From Batkoa obscura (lineage: Eukaryota), in NCBI GenBank assembly GCA_030770535.1, contig JASVEC010000025.1, positions 62,001 to 126,000 on the forward strand: a stretch of 64,000 nucleotides of DNA. The letters run 5' to 3'. This document shows, piece by piece, positions 1-12,759 of the stretch. The translations under genes were made by a program, and so were the position numbers. The first letter of the stretch is position 1. Each line of letters starts with the position of its first letter. The notes beneath the pieces are model-generated. The model worked only from the letters and a program-made list of their open reading frames with translations, was not told where the DNA came from and made no database searches.

Positions 1-619
1 TAATTGTTTTGTAAGAAAAATGACACCAGTTTTAAATCTTGACTACAATAACGCTTTGAAAGTTTTTATTCAACATAGCTATAGATAAAGAGATGCGAAC
101 ATTTAGGTTATATAACGTAAAAGAATGTATAATAGATACTAAACACAAGGATCTAGTTCAAAACTATTTTATAGTTTAGCTGATTTTCTTTTATTTAATA
201 AAGCTGCTCTTATTTAAGTTACTCATCTTAAAGTTAGTATTAAATTTTTATTAGTGTAGTATAAAACTTAAAAGATTAGAAATTGTAATTTAACTGTACT
301 TGTTATTTTTAAAATAATGAATTTTCGAATTAATAGATTAAATGTTTATTCTTATTTATTTTTTAGTTATATTTTTATGCAATATAACTTTTAAATAAAA
401 AGTCATTCATATATTAAATTATATTATTGAATGAGGTATCAATAGTATTTGGTAATTGATATGATATAATGTTTTTTTTACATTATTACATTTAATTTTT
501 GAGCTAAAATTTACATTAATAAATTGTTTTTAATACAAAGTAAGTTTAAAAATAAAAATATTCCAAGGATCTTAATGTAGATTATAACATTTATTTATAA
601 ACTTTATTAAATTCGGTTA

Positions 620-3600
620 TCACAACCTCATCAATCCCTCTGCCATCCCACGAAGTCTATCTAACCTATATAGCTTGGCTAAGTTTACCAATCCTTTATA
701 ATAACCTCTCATTTTATCTCCCATAAACTGTACATCCTTCACTTCAATTGTACAATTGCTGCATTTTGAGGGTAAAATGGAGGTAGGCATATGATCGCAT
801 TTTGGGCATTCAACGTCCTGAACTTGGAATGCAGTTACGTTTTGCTGCAGCTGAGTAATTAGTTGCTTTTCAACAATGGCTGTAGGATAGAGTGAAGAAC
901 ATGAGGGGCAGCACAAACCTTTAAACTTTTCATTTTGAATTTGTACCAAATCGTCCGTAGCTTTATCTTTACTTGAATGTGTTGATTCATCTACATTTTC
1001 ATTGAAATAATTCATCTCATTATCCTCTTCTTCAGAATTGGATTCAAGGATTTTATCTATTTGGTGAGCTTCACTTTTATGATGGCGATTATTTTCTTGG
1101 TCGATATCACTATCTAGCCTTTGCTGCACCTTTAAATTACTCATCGCTATCAAATGCTCATAAAAATTGATCTCCCAGCTAAAGTTACAATAACTGCACA
1201 CTATTTTGGGCAATCGAAGCTGAGTTTCCCTGCTTGATTTATCCTTATACAAACTACGAAAGCCTGCTTTTGTCTGGGGATTCTTATTTGAAAGGCTGGA
1301 ATTTACGGACGTATTACCTTGCTTTACATTCTCTGTCCAATCCTGTACCATCTGAAATTTAGTTTCTGGAGCATATGGGCTGACGTCGATGGCCTCAAAC
1401 AGCTCAAACTTAATGTCACTAAATAAGTTGCTAAGTCGATGGTCCAACTCAAATACTGCAAACGTGTTTTTGATCCATTCCATTGTGATAAACTTTAAAT
1501 TATTATTCTGGGGATTTGAAAGATAGGGGGATCCTGGCAGCATAGGGAATGCAAGTGCTGAATTATCACCACTATTACCTGATGGATTTGTACACGTGAA
1601 ATCCCCAAGAATGCCAAATAGTCGTGCTTTTAGTGAGTTTACGACCATGTTGGTTATATCCACAATTTCTTCTTCGTTAACTTCTTCAACATTCTTTTCG
1701 ATTCCATTACTATTTAATTCTCTTCTAACTTGGTGTATGTCATAAATATACTTTCCAATAATGATATCGAAATACGGCCTTACTAAAGAAGGTAAATAAT
1801 GAGCAATAGACCAATTCATTTCTACATCTTTGAGCCAATATAACGCATCCTCCACGTTGATAACGGGCGTTGATTCTAGTTGTTGGCTAGCTAACAAAGT
1901 AACTGCTAGACTCTTTTCAATTCTTTGATTATCTTCTGCTTTATAAATAATCCCACCATAGTTTGATGGACTCATCCAGATTATTCGATCCCAAAATAAA
2001 GTAATTGAAAGCCCCAAATTACGAAACAACGGTTTTTCCAAAATGGATTGCAGCACATATTCTGCAAACGAATGTCCATTTTTGCGTGACACTTTATTAG
2101 TACCTAAAATCAAGCGATGCGTCGTGGCATGAATAATAACTGCTCCAATAGATTTAATAAATACTAAAAGCTGCGCGAACAATTTTTTCATCAGATAAAT
2201 GATTAGAGTATGTAACTGAACATCATATAACTTAGAATCCATAGTAGACAACCAGCGGTAGCAGTGATTCATCATTTGTTCATAAAATGGATTTCTGGTA
2301 TGAATCAGCTCGTCACACCATTTCTTTATCATATTTTTGAGAGTATCAAAGATCACTGGATTAATTGAAGTAATATCGCCAATGGTACCATCATTTGTAT
2401 TATCGAAAGCATTTTTTTCATTATTTCCATTCGCTTGTTTAAACCCACGAAATATGTTATTGGACTCACCGATCCCATACATATTCGATCCTCCTTCTAA
2501 CTCATTAATCAGATGTGAGTTTAATATAGAATTGATTGCCAAATACTCTAATGAAATCTCAAAGCAAACCGAAGCATGTGCAGTTGGAAAATTAAGGTTA
2601 GGTAATGTCATATCATTATCCACCAAGTACCTGAAATCATCAAATTCTTTACCTCCCAAATCAGGTAAATCACTATCTGACCACCATAGCACCTGTTGTG
2701 TACTTCTCAATTGACGTGCAAATGTGATATCTGCAGCCATTAAAGGCAAGTCCTCACTGAGGTTACACAGCGGTACATTGCTAAAATTTGCCCAAGCGAT
2801 CTGATCTTTTAGCCATAAAGGTACTGAAAACAACTGGGTTAACATTGTAGTATAAATATAATTCTGCCATCCTAACGCTGGCATTTGTATTCTTTGATTT
2901 AAACTGGAGATATTCGCAGTTGGATAATCATTAAAACCTTTAACTAAATAAGACAACTCTTTAATGTGTGGTGAGTCCAATAGCAGCATGGTGGGGCCTA
3001 ACTTGTTTGCTTGATACTGTACAATGAATTTTTGAACGGCTGACCAAGCATTTTGTGGTTTATCAAAAAAGTTGGTTTCAAAGTTTACATTATTTGGTAA
3101 TACTAAATGCGGATTATTATAATTATCTTTTATATAAGTTGTGAATTGCGTTTGATAACTATTTGTTAAATTAGGTAATTGAGAAATCGGTTTCTTTGAC
3201 CCATCAACCACAAGTACCAATCCATCTTTTGTAGCAGGTGAAAACACTAAGATCATGTGACGTAAGCCTTGAGTGTAATGCAATATTATTAAGTAATTTA
3301 AATGTATGTTATTATTTAAGTATTGTCCTTGGGTAATAGGTTCTCTATAAAACATATCCAACTCAAAGTGTTGTGGAATAATTTGTCCAATATTATCTGA
3401 AATGGCACATACACAGCCTAATTTAATGATCGTGTTATTCATAAGCTTTGTTTTTGATTCGTAGGCGCCTTCCACATTACAATGATTAAATAGTGAATTA
3501 AATTCCATAAAATTGTTTTGATAATAGCTTTCATTTACTTGCAATTTTTGTAAATTTATGGATGGATAATTGCGTGGAAGTCGATAGTCAGATTTAGTAA

Positions 3601-6600
3601 AGTTCATTGTACTATCATTATCTTCATTATCCAACCCATTAATATCATTTGTTTTTACGTTGAGATAAACAGTTCTTGGTACTTTAAGACTGATGGTATG
3701 CATCTGTGAGTTGATCAAAATAAATATTTTAAAATAACCTGGCATATCCGTACCAGTAATTTGTAGCACTTGAAATGAAGCATACAGATAAGGCCTTGTC
3801 ATTTTATCATAGCCAGATAGTCGAATGTTATTTTTAATATCAGTTTGTTTATGATTTAAATTCCTTTGTTTTTTATTTTCAATACGTAATTGTCTATTTA
3901 ATTTCCATTTTTTATTTTGAAACTGAATCCATTCTGAATAATTGCCTTTTATATCAGGCCCCTTCTCTTGTTTAAGTAATTCTAGTACTTCACTTGCCGT
4001 TGGTTCTTTTCTTTTTTTTGTAACCTTAGCAATGATATCCTTATAAATAGTTTCCCCTTGATATGTTCCAAAATCTTCAATATCTTTTTCATTGTTATCT
4101 TTTTTAACCAATTGAAACATATCCGTAATACGACGTTGTTGAAAACGATCATTGGTCACAGAAATTCTTTTAGACAACCAATCAGGGTGTGGTACGCGAG
4201 GTACGGGATTGGGAACCTTTTGCATAGCAGCTGGGATGGTAATAATCTTCTGAATAACAGAGCCAAACCTTTCAATATAATACTCCCAATCTAAAATATC
4301 TCTTAAATCAATGTGTTCTAAGGAAGGCTCTCTAAGCCATTTCCTTAAAAAATGAAATTTTACTGCTTCATTTGTTTCAAAAAAGATAGCAGTTGGTATG
4401 GCTCTTTCGGATACTGGAATGCCAACTGGGAACTTAGACACGATAAATTGACATGCCAATCCTTTATCTTTGACCATCTCATCCCCTAAGAACTCAGCTA
4501 ATCGCTTAGCAGTTGATATAGATGTCGATTTTTGTTCACCATAATCTGATAATGACCGACTCATGGATCTGTTTTCAGCAATAAGCTCAAATAGCTCTGA
4601 ATCCTGTAAGCTGCCACCTTTAGAAAATAATATATTCAACCAATTATTGGCTACTTTGGCTACAGCCTCATAACACTCTTTAAGGTTACTGCCCTTTAAA
4701 AATTCAGCAAAAATCTGGGATTGAAAGATTTTAACCAGTTTAAGCTCACCTCTACGCTTAATCTCAAATCCCTTTAACTCTGCCAAACTACCATCCTTAT
4801 TAAACACCGCATACCTCTTTTTTAATAATTTATCTGCTTCCTTAGATGCTGGTAAAATCATAGCACGGTATGGACCATCCACTTCAAAAAAGATACTATT
4901 TTCTGATCTTAAAGAATATTGATTAGTTACAGAATCAAGTTCATGATATTGGTCATTAGTAAATTTATCATGTACCAAGTGATTCAACATAGTACATGGG
5001 TACGATAGCTTAAAACTCTTTCCATTTTTGAGTTTAAAGGCAAAGGTTTCTGGAAACGAAGAGGGTAAGATGCACCAGATACCATCCGTATCCAGCTCCA
5101 AGGGTCTACCTATCTGATCCACCAGCTGTCTAGCCATCTGTATAATCTTAGCTCCAGTTAAACAAACAATCCCTCCCATCTCCATGGAATACCATCTCGA
5201 CCCTTTCCTCATTACATAACCATAAAAAGAATTTAAAATACATTTATGCGCTAGTTGTAACGAATCATACACGATCACCAATTTTTGAGCATTTTCCATT
5301 TCAGCTATTCGCCCTTCATTTTTTGCTTTTTCCACCTCAGATTTCCATTTCTTATGCAATCCTTTATATTCGTACCTTCGATCCCTAAAGTTTCTCACTG
5401 TATCAATATAAAATGGATTTTCTTTTTGGCATACTGTTGAAGTCCGTTCAATCACTTTACTAATTTTTGTTTTTTTATACACTTTACTTGAATATACTTT
5501 CAGCCTTTGCTTAATCATTTCATTCTGTTCTGAAGAACTCAGCATATCAAAAGTTCTATGTTTTGTATCGCCTTTTTTCCCGGGGAAACTTTCAATTCCC
5601 AGCTGATTACGTATCATATTTAGTTCACTTTGATTCGCTGGATAGTACTCCCCACGCCATGACCAGGTCATTTTACGATCACACACCTTACCAGGAACAT
5701 TGAAATTGCATGAGGCACATGTAGCTTCATCTACCATGGCATCCGGTTGCAATCGATTGGTTAAAATAATATTGGGATACATAGCACCTACATCCAAATG
5801 ATAGATTAATGGAGTGACATAGATAGGCTTATCACTTTTGAGCGCCAATAACTTATCCTTAATAGTTTGGTATACTTCCTCATAATTATCTACGTCTTCT
5901 AACTTAATATTACCTTCCACAATCAATGAAAACTTTAAAGCATTGTCCAGTTGACTAATTAAGATGTCTATACCTTTACTTTGTATATCAAAACGCTCCG
6001 GTATATCACTACGAAACACTCCGGCTTCCAGTGCCTCTACATGGCCACCAACATATGTTTCTGATTCTATTAAATGACCATTAAATAATTTGCCTTGGTT
6101 TTCGCTGTGTTTATTGGGCATTAAAACATTGGCATTATATGCCTCCACCATTAGTAGATACTCACAAAGAGTACCCGAACCTTTCCTCAGCACATCATCC
6201 GCCATTGTAGGAATAATATTACACAACGAAAAAATAAAGGGGTGTACATACTTCATATATAAATAATATGTGGCTACTGCATCGGACACTGAATACCTAG
6301 CCAATGTTTCGGGCTCTTCTCTAGCGGCACGTACCATATCTTCTGGATCAAACTCTAAAGGTTGATAAGCTAGCTTAGCTTTAGCGACTGCTTTTAAACC
6401 ATGGGAACCAGCTGGTAGATAACTGTCTCTCTTTACCCAAGATAAGCAGTCCATATGGATACAATAACTTGATTTATACTCATCGTTCTCATCTCTTTTA
6501 AAACCAATCTGAGAGTACATATCCAATCCATGATACTGTGCCCTCTTATCCACAAATGGCCAATCGAAGAAATCCCCGTTATAAGTGGCAATTACAGTGG

Positions 6601-7865
6601 GTTTTAATTGTTTTATATGCTCAAAGAAGCGAATTAATAAAGACTTTTCATCTTTTTCATTAAAAATTTTAAATGCACCTTCTAAACCTTCCTTTGGGTT
6701 GTATTCAAAATCGATAATGTCTTTGGTAATAACATCACGATTGGTGATTAGATAACCTTGCCCATCCACCATATATGAAATCATCATCACCGTATCAAAT
6801 GAAGGATCTGGAAACTTTAAGGATTGTTTTGTGGTCTCAATATCAAATGCTAACACTACTGGATCTGCACGATTCACTTTATCGGCTCGACGTGTTAAAA
6901 TCACCCCATTGTCAGCGTCTTTATATAAACGTACATCATACCATAAACCTACTCTTAAATCTATTATAGTTAATAAAATAGATCCTAAAATCAACTTAAT
7001 AAGCTTACTATTGTCAATAGCTACACGACATAAATAAGGTACATCATATTCTCTTATACCGATAATATTCTTTAATGCAGAATTTGCCAACTCAATACCT
7101 CCCTGTTGTTTCTTTTGGCTAAAGTTAGGGTCTTTCATTGAAAACGGGTTTGAAGAAAACACTTCATTAACTTCCATACCAGCCTCATTAGTTTGGGCAA
7201 TCGGCAGTATAGTTTTTCTTACTGTAAGTAAATCTGATACATTCATAAAAGATAATTTTAATAGTTCTCTTTTGTTGCCAGAGAGATGGTTTTGCTAGCA
7301 TGAAAAATGAAAACTTAATTCAGCTCTTTAAAGATAGTAGTTTTCAACTTACCAAAGCCAAGTCTTCCTTTACAATCAAGTCTATACTATCTATTAAGCT
7401 TGGATACTGCCTCAATAAATAATCTTGTACTTCTCGATGTGTTTTATCCTACAATTCATCAATACCATAAACATAAAAACCACTCTTCTAATTACCTTAC
7501 ACAGCACCAAAAAATACGGTTTATAAAAATAGGTCAACTTAAACATATCACCCGTTTCTAAAATAAAATAAAGGTCCACCCCAGCCCTTCCTTCTGGATG
7601 CTCAGCTTCTTGGACTAAGGCCTAATTCATCATAAATCCTAAATTCCAATCCAAGTATAAAAAATAAACTTACCGGCTGCATATTTACTAACCAACCCAG
7701 TCTCATCTCTGAGTCTGATACTTTATGAAAACCCATTATTTCATCAATCATATCCGTTAAGTCCTGCTTTTTCAGCTCACTTACTTCATTGTTGGTGTCT
7801 TTTTTAGAAGTATAACTGCTGCCTTTATCTTCCCATTTTCTATTATTTTTATATTTGAAGGCCAT
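620..7865 (-). CDS. POL2: DNA polymerase epsilon catalytic subunit (5 exons)
   Basis: PolB motifs (FDIETTK exonuclease, LDVGAMYPNI, KCILNSFYGY, ELDTDG) and C-terminal CysA/CysB. N-terminal exons rebuilt using GT-AG introns at about 7673-7622, 7495-7449, 7352-7295 and 7008-6961. Confidence 0.97.
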
Positions 7866-8026
7866 TACTGTATACTTTTTAACTCTTCTTTGGTATTCTA
7901 ATTAGAGCCTTCTGATAAAAACCTTCCTCTTTGTTTAAAAGATTATTTTGATCTTTATTTTTATCCATCTTCCCAACTATTTGGTGTGAGGAAACACGAA
8001 ATTGTGCAACATGATTGATGTCATTG

Positions 8027-8156
8027 ATTGGCTATTAATTTCAAAAGAATTGAAGTTATCGGGATGCTATTGGCTTGTTATAATAGTAAATGTTTTTGCA
8101 AGAGCGCGTTTGATGGATCAAGTATTTTAGGTAGCAAATGCAAAGACTCTTATTGG
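8027..8156 (-). promoter_or_regulatory. POL2 upstream region with three CCAAT boxes and an MCB-like ACGCG
   Basis: ATTGG at 8027, 8069 and 8152; CGCGT at 8105-8109. CGCG is rare in this AT-rich intergenic DNA. Confidence 0.45.
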
Positions 8157-8704
8157 TTAGATAGGAAAGACTTAAAGTAGTGAGAGGGGTTTCGATGCTA
8201 GTGATATCTGGTGAGAATAGTACACTTGATGTATTGTAAACGATGGCCGGGATTGATTTGAATCAATCTATTATTTTTATAATCAGAAGATAAAATTCAA
8301 TAATGTTTTAAAAGCGATAAAATATCAAATAATATGACTAAAAAAACTAAGATTATAAATATCATACTATAGTAAAATGCTAAATGTAGATTTTAATTAA
8401 TTTTTGATGTAAATGGAATCAAAAACATATGATAAAAATGTGTTTTTCTTACTAATTTATCAAAATCCTTTATTTATGTTAATAATAGAATGTTCAAAGC
8501 AAGTCATCCTTAAAATCAAATGTTTATAAAATGCTTGACGAATTTAATCTTAATATGCGTTTAAAATTAGACAAAAATAGTACTCTTACTAGACCTTATA
8601 AAAAGGCTTTAATATGTATCGTCAAATTTAGAAAACTCCGCTCAAATCATAAAAAAAATCAAAAACCTTTAATTTAAACATTTGGTAGATAGTCATCTTT
8701 TATT

Positions 8705-8971
8705 CTACATTCTTCCTTGTCCACTTTGAATCTTGGTAACAATATGAATTGAAGTATCCAGGAACCTTTCTACGCAATTTCTAAGGCATCCTTCTTCAGT
8801 AGAATCTAATCTGTTACCAACCTTTCTTATGCATTTATCCCAACAGAGATCGGTTAATGTATGTACACTTTGTTGTACTCTAGCCTTAGCTTGTTCGTTT
8901 TCTATGAATTGACTCAATTCTTTTTTACTTTTATCATCTAATTGAAGGTTAGCTGTATCGATGGTATCCAT
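8705..8971 (-). CDS. TIM8: Mitochondrial intermembrane-space chaperone Tim8
   Basis: Twin CX3C motif (CWDKC...CLRNCVERFLDTS); likely start MDTIDT. Confidence 0.93.
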   Translation of the reverse strand: MDTIDTANLQLDDKSKKELSQFIENEQAKARVQQSVHTLTDLCWDKCIRKVGNRLDSTEEGCLRNCVERFLDTSIHIVTKIQSGQGRM

Positions 8972-9229
8972 GTTTTTAAAGCAGTTTAAGCTTGGATTTG
9001 TATAAAAAGAAAACAATTTTTCAATAGCTTACTTATACTATAAGACTTTTTGAAAAATAATGGAATTGACCAATTAAAGTTTCAATTTTTGGGACCTTTT
9101 TAAGTTTTTCAGAGATTTCAAAATCAAAACTTCATAAACTAATTAAATGAATAAAGCTTTAATACACTTTTAAATACTAATTTATTTAACTTCATAATAA
9201 ATTCTTTCAAAATACTAAACTAATAATTT

Positions 9230-10792
9230 TTAATTTTTACTTCTTTTAGCTTTTGGAGAGCCATCCGAGGGCGACATTAAGTCATTATTTCTTTTACAAG
9301 TAATATCCGAAACATTGGACGTCAACCACTTATGTTCTTTAAGTTTAGTAGCTTCTTTAAACATTTTGGTTTTCCTACATGCCTCTATAAACTCGATAAA
9401 ATCCTTGTTTAAATGAGAAAGATCTGTATCTTTATCGTATGCAGTTTCCAATCCATCAAAGCACTGTAATAAAATAGTGATAAAGTCTTCAACCAAAGTA
9501 TCTTCATTTCCTTTAGCTTGATAAAAGTCACTTAAAACAAGGTGAAAAGGCTCAGTGCTAAACACAGATAGCATGTATAGCTTTAAATACTTGAACTGAA
9601 TACCTTTCAGGTTTAAATATTCTATTGCATTCAATATTGAAACTGCTATCTTTTTGATATCATATTCCTCTAATGCAATATTCCTCTTTAAATACTGTCC
9701 CAAATTGCCATAATTTCCTTGCTGAAAGAGTACCCCATACTTAGCATTTTCACTTATTAAAATTGGTTTTGAAATCACATTCCTATGCGCAAACTCATTA
9801 TAAAAATCATACTCTTCTATCAATCCTTTATTTAAACTTTCTTCTTTTTCATCATCACCATCAATCGTTTTCAATACATATTTTTTCAAATTATATTTAT
9901 TTACCGCTAACCTTAATTTATACCCGTTATCTTCTTTAGTTGCTCCTTCTTCACTAACCTCATATGAATCAAAAGAGTTTTCGCTTTCAACTAGCTGATC
10001 ATCTTTATTCAAAAACATGAATGAGGTCCTCAAATAAGTGGTGTCTTTTCCTCTAGCTAAGATATGGATGATGTCTCCCGTTCGAATCTCATAATCCTTG
10101 TTATTATCAACCCTTTTTCCATTTAAATAAGTTCCATTTTTACTTCCCAAATCCTTTAGCACAAAATAATTATTTTCATTTTCACTATCAAACTTCCTTT
10201 CGATCGAAAAGTGTAATCCCGAGATATGTGCTTCTAACAGTCGAAAGTGACACTTATTCTTACGACCGATTATATACTCCTCCAAGTCGTCTAGAAGCAT
10301 CAACTTTAAAGGCGAGTTTAGACTCACTAATACACCCCATGTTTTTAAAGCTATAAAGCTCATCTTTTTATGTGCTATATTACTTGTTTCTTCACTTTCA
10401 TTCAAAGCTTCATAATTTGTCAATGCTGAACTTTCAGTCATTAATGTACTACTAGATTCGTTTCCAATAATCAAGCTATCTGTACGAAGCAAACGAAGCC
10501 CGTTTAATAGTGGTGACATTGAGTTTTCTTTATAAGGCAAGCGATCACTGTGCGGTAAAGCAATGTAGTTTTCATTACTTAATAGGGGATCGTTGTGTTG
10601 TCCATTGAATTGGATCACTTCTTGCTCCTGTGAAAGCAGACTTACGTTGGCAATTGGAAACCGATAATAGGACTGAGATAGATTAGGTGTTGCTAGTAAT
10701 GGAGTGTCTTGTGAGTTAATAGACAGGGAACTAAATAATGGATTGTCATTGGAATCCACAGAAATGGCTGAGTTGGGTGTTAATTCTTCCAT
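9230..10792 (-). CDS. FHA domain plus degenerate (pseudo)kinase domain, Chk2/Rad53/Dun1/Mek1-like architecture
   Basis: FHA motifs IIGR, ISGLHF and DLGSKNGTYLNG. Kinase-like segment YVLK...AIEYL...SDFY lacks HRD, DFG and APE. Intronless. Confidence 0.8.
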   Translation of the reverse strand: MEELTPNSAISVDSNDNPLFSSLSINSQDTPLLATPNLSQSYYRFPIANVSLLSQEQEVIQFNGQHNDPLLSNENYIALPHSDRLPYKENSMSPLLNGLRLLRTDSLIIGNESSSTLMTESSALTNYEALNESEETSNIAHKKMSFIALKTWGVLVSLNSPLKLMLLDDLEEYIIGRKNKCHFRLLEAHISGLHFSIERKFDSENENNYFVLKDLGSKNGTYLNGKRVDNNKDYEIRTGDIIHILARGKDTTYLRTSFMFLNKDDQLVESENSFDSYEVSEEGATKEDNGYKLRLAVNKYNLKKYVLKTIDGDDEKEESLNKGLIEEYDFYNEFAHRNVISKPILISENAKYGVLFQQGNYGNLGQYLKRNIALEEYDIKKIAVSILNAIEYLNLKGIQFKYLKLYMLSVFSTEPFHLVLSDFYQAKGNEDTLVEDFITILLQCFDGLETAYDKDTDLSHLNKDFIEFIEACRKTKMFKEATKLKEHKWLTSNVSDITCKRNNDLMSPSDGSPKAKRSKN

Positions 10793-11791
10793 CGTTTTTA
10801 TTTATTAAGTCAAATGTTACTACTTTTTGCTGAAATAACTGAACTTGTATTGCTATTAATTCGGTTAGAATAATTTCTTTCAAAAAGAATAAATATTGGT
10901 AAAGTTCTAAATTTAAGTGTCATGTTGACTAAAAACAAATTGCATCCCTTAACTTTTAAAATATTTTGCAAAAATCTTATATAGTGTCTAGAAATAAAGT
11001 TGAGCTTTGATATAATAATAAGGATAAATCGTTGTTAGTAATTTTGAAGCTAAATTATTTGTAGTAATTAGAAACTTATTTTTATGGCTATTATTTATAG
11101 AGATCATCGACTATCCTTTACTAAATTATCATCAGTTCTCAATGAATGTTTAATATTTTGAATGTCAATTATATTCTTAATACTTGATTTCATTTTTTAA
11201 ACATTTTTTCATTTTAAATAGTAAACCTAATCTACAAAAAGATAAAATACTTTAAAGTTCCATTTATCCTAATTTTGATACTAAGTTAGTCAAAACTTTC
11301 TGAGTGATTTTAAACATGAATCAAAGACAACGTTAAATTATTGTGCAATAGCTTTTCTTCAATAGTCTGGAACCCCTTTGCTTACAGGGATAACGAACTG
11401 CATGTTACAAGAAGGAGAACCTACTCAAAAACTATTACCGCTCAGCAATTTGTATTAAATAAGTCGAGTGTGAATAATATTTGCACACTTTTATATGAAG
11501 TTTAAAAATAAAATAGCTTATCTACAACTCATATTTTTACATGTTAGTTCTGTTTTTTACATATTTTCACCTAAAATAATACTTTATTTACATTAAAGAG
11601 CAACCAAAATAAATCATTTGTAAATCACTGACATCTTAAATAATATAAGCATATAGTTTAAACTAAAACAATTAATATAATTGATAGATGAATACAATGA
11701 AAACACAAATATTATAAACATAAATAGCTTTTTAATTTTATTTTAATAATCCTTTATCGTACACTTATAAACCATTATTGTGTTATTGTAT

Positions 11792-12646
11792 TCATGAGTT
11801 CAAATGAAGCGACAATATCCTTGTATATTATTATTTTAAAAGCATTGCATATTTGAACTTATCATATTTAGATGTTTACTAGTCGATAGTTACCTTAATA
11901 TTAAATCCTGCTTTTCTTCTTTCTCCTAAAAAATTAATTACATTAACTACAGACTGTTACTTTAAACTTACTTTCAATTTTAAATGAAACTTATACCAAT
12001 CTGGGAGCTCATTAGGTAAATTAAGTAAGTCCAAATCAAAAAGTTCAATAAAATGTTCAATAACCAGTCTCGATTTTGATTTAGCGAAATTCCTATACTA
12101 TAAATAAATTATTATATTGTCATTTCATTGCCGATTTATAGTACCTCAACAACAATAGAGTTAAAATTCCAATCTTGTAACTTTCTTAAACAACCTATAA
12201 ATGCTCCAGTTTCATGAATCCCTGAGCTTAATATATATAAATATATATTTTAAAAAGGAACATTTAACTTACGTGCATGTTATCAATATTGGATGCAACC
12301 TAGGCTCCATAACCAACTCTAGACCTTCCTTAACTAAGTCCTCACTCAATGGTTTCCAACTTAAATTAACTTTAAATGATTTTTTATTTCCCAAATGAAA
12401 CTATAATTGTTATTAATTATTTTTAAACGATGAATACTATTAATAAATAAATACCAACTGAATCTGGTTTTCTGCCAAAAAATTGCTAACCGTTTTACTT
12501 GGCGCCTCTTCAGATAACATTATTAATGAATTGATTGTCTTATATTTTAAATAGCTAAAATGATTTGGTTTGATATTTTCACTACGATAGATCCCTGTTT
12601 CTACAATACTAAATGTGTCTGGTGGATTGATTTGTGTCTTATTCAT
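11792..12646 (-). CDS. OCA/Siw14-family atypical phosphatase-like protein (multi-exon)
   Basis: N-terminal PPDTFSIVETGIYRS; spliced [29 protein letters not shown] and FIELFD. The last two small exons are less certain. Confidence 0.85.
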
Positions 12647-12759
12647 TTTGTTAAAAAATAAACGTTGCATTTTTAACTTGACTTATTTGATTGGTAATCT
12701 TAGACTATAAATTGATAAAATCAATTCTAAACTTTTTTTTAATTAAATTCACAGTAAAT

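Noticed and set aside
2337..7037. Plus-strand ORFs inside POL2 (likewise antisense ORFs in SMC4, asparagine synthetase, cyclin, ATX1 and MPP6)
   Set aside because: Antisense shadows of conserved genes with no recognisable motifs.
11384..11394. ACAGGGATAAC, matching LSU rRNA (snR38-type guide on the minus strand)
   Set aside because: No adjacent box D/D' (CTGA) and no box C found; an 11-mer can occur by chance.
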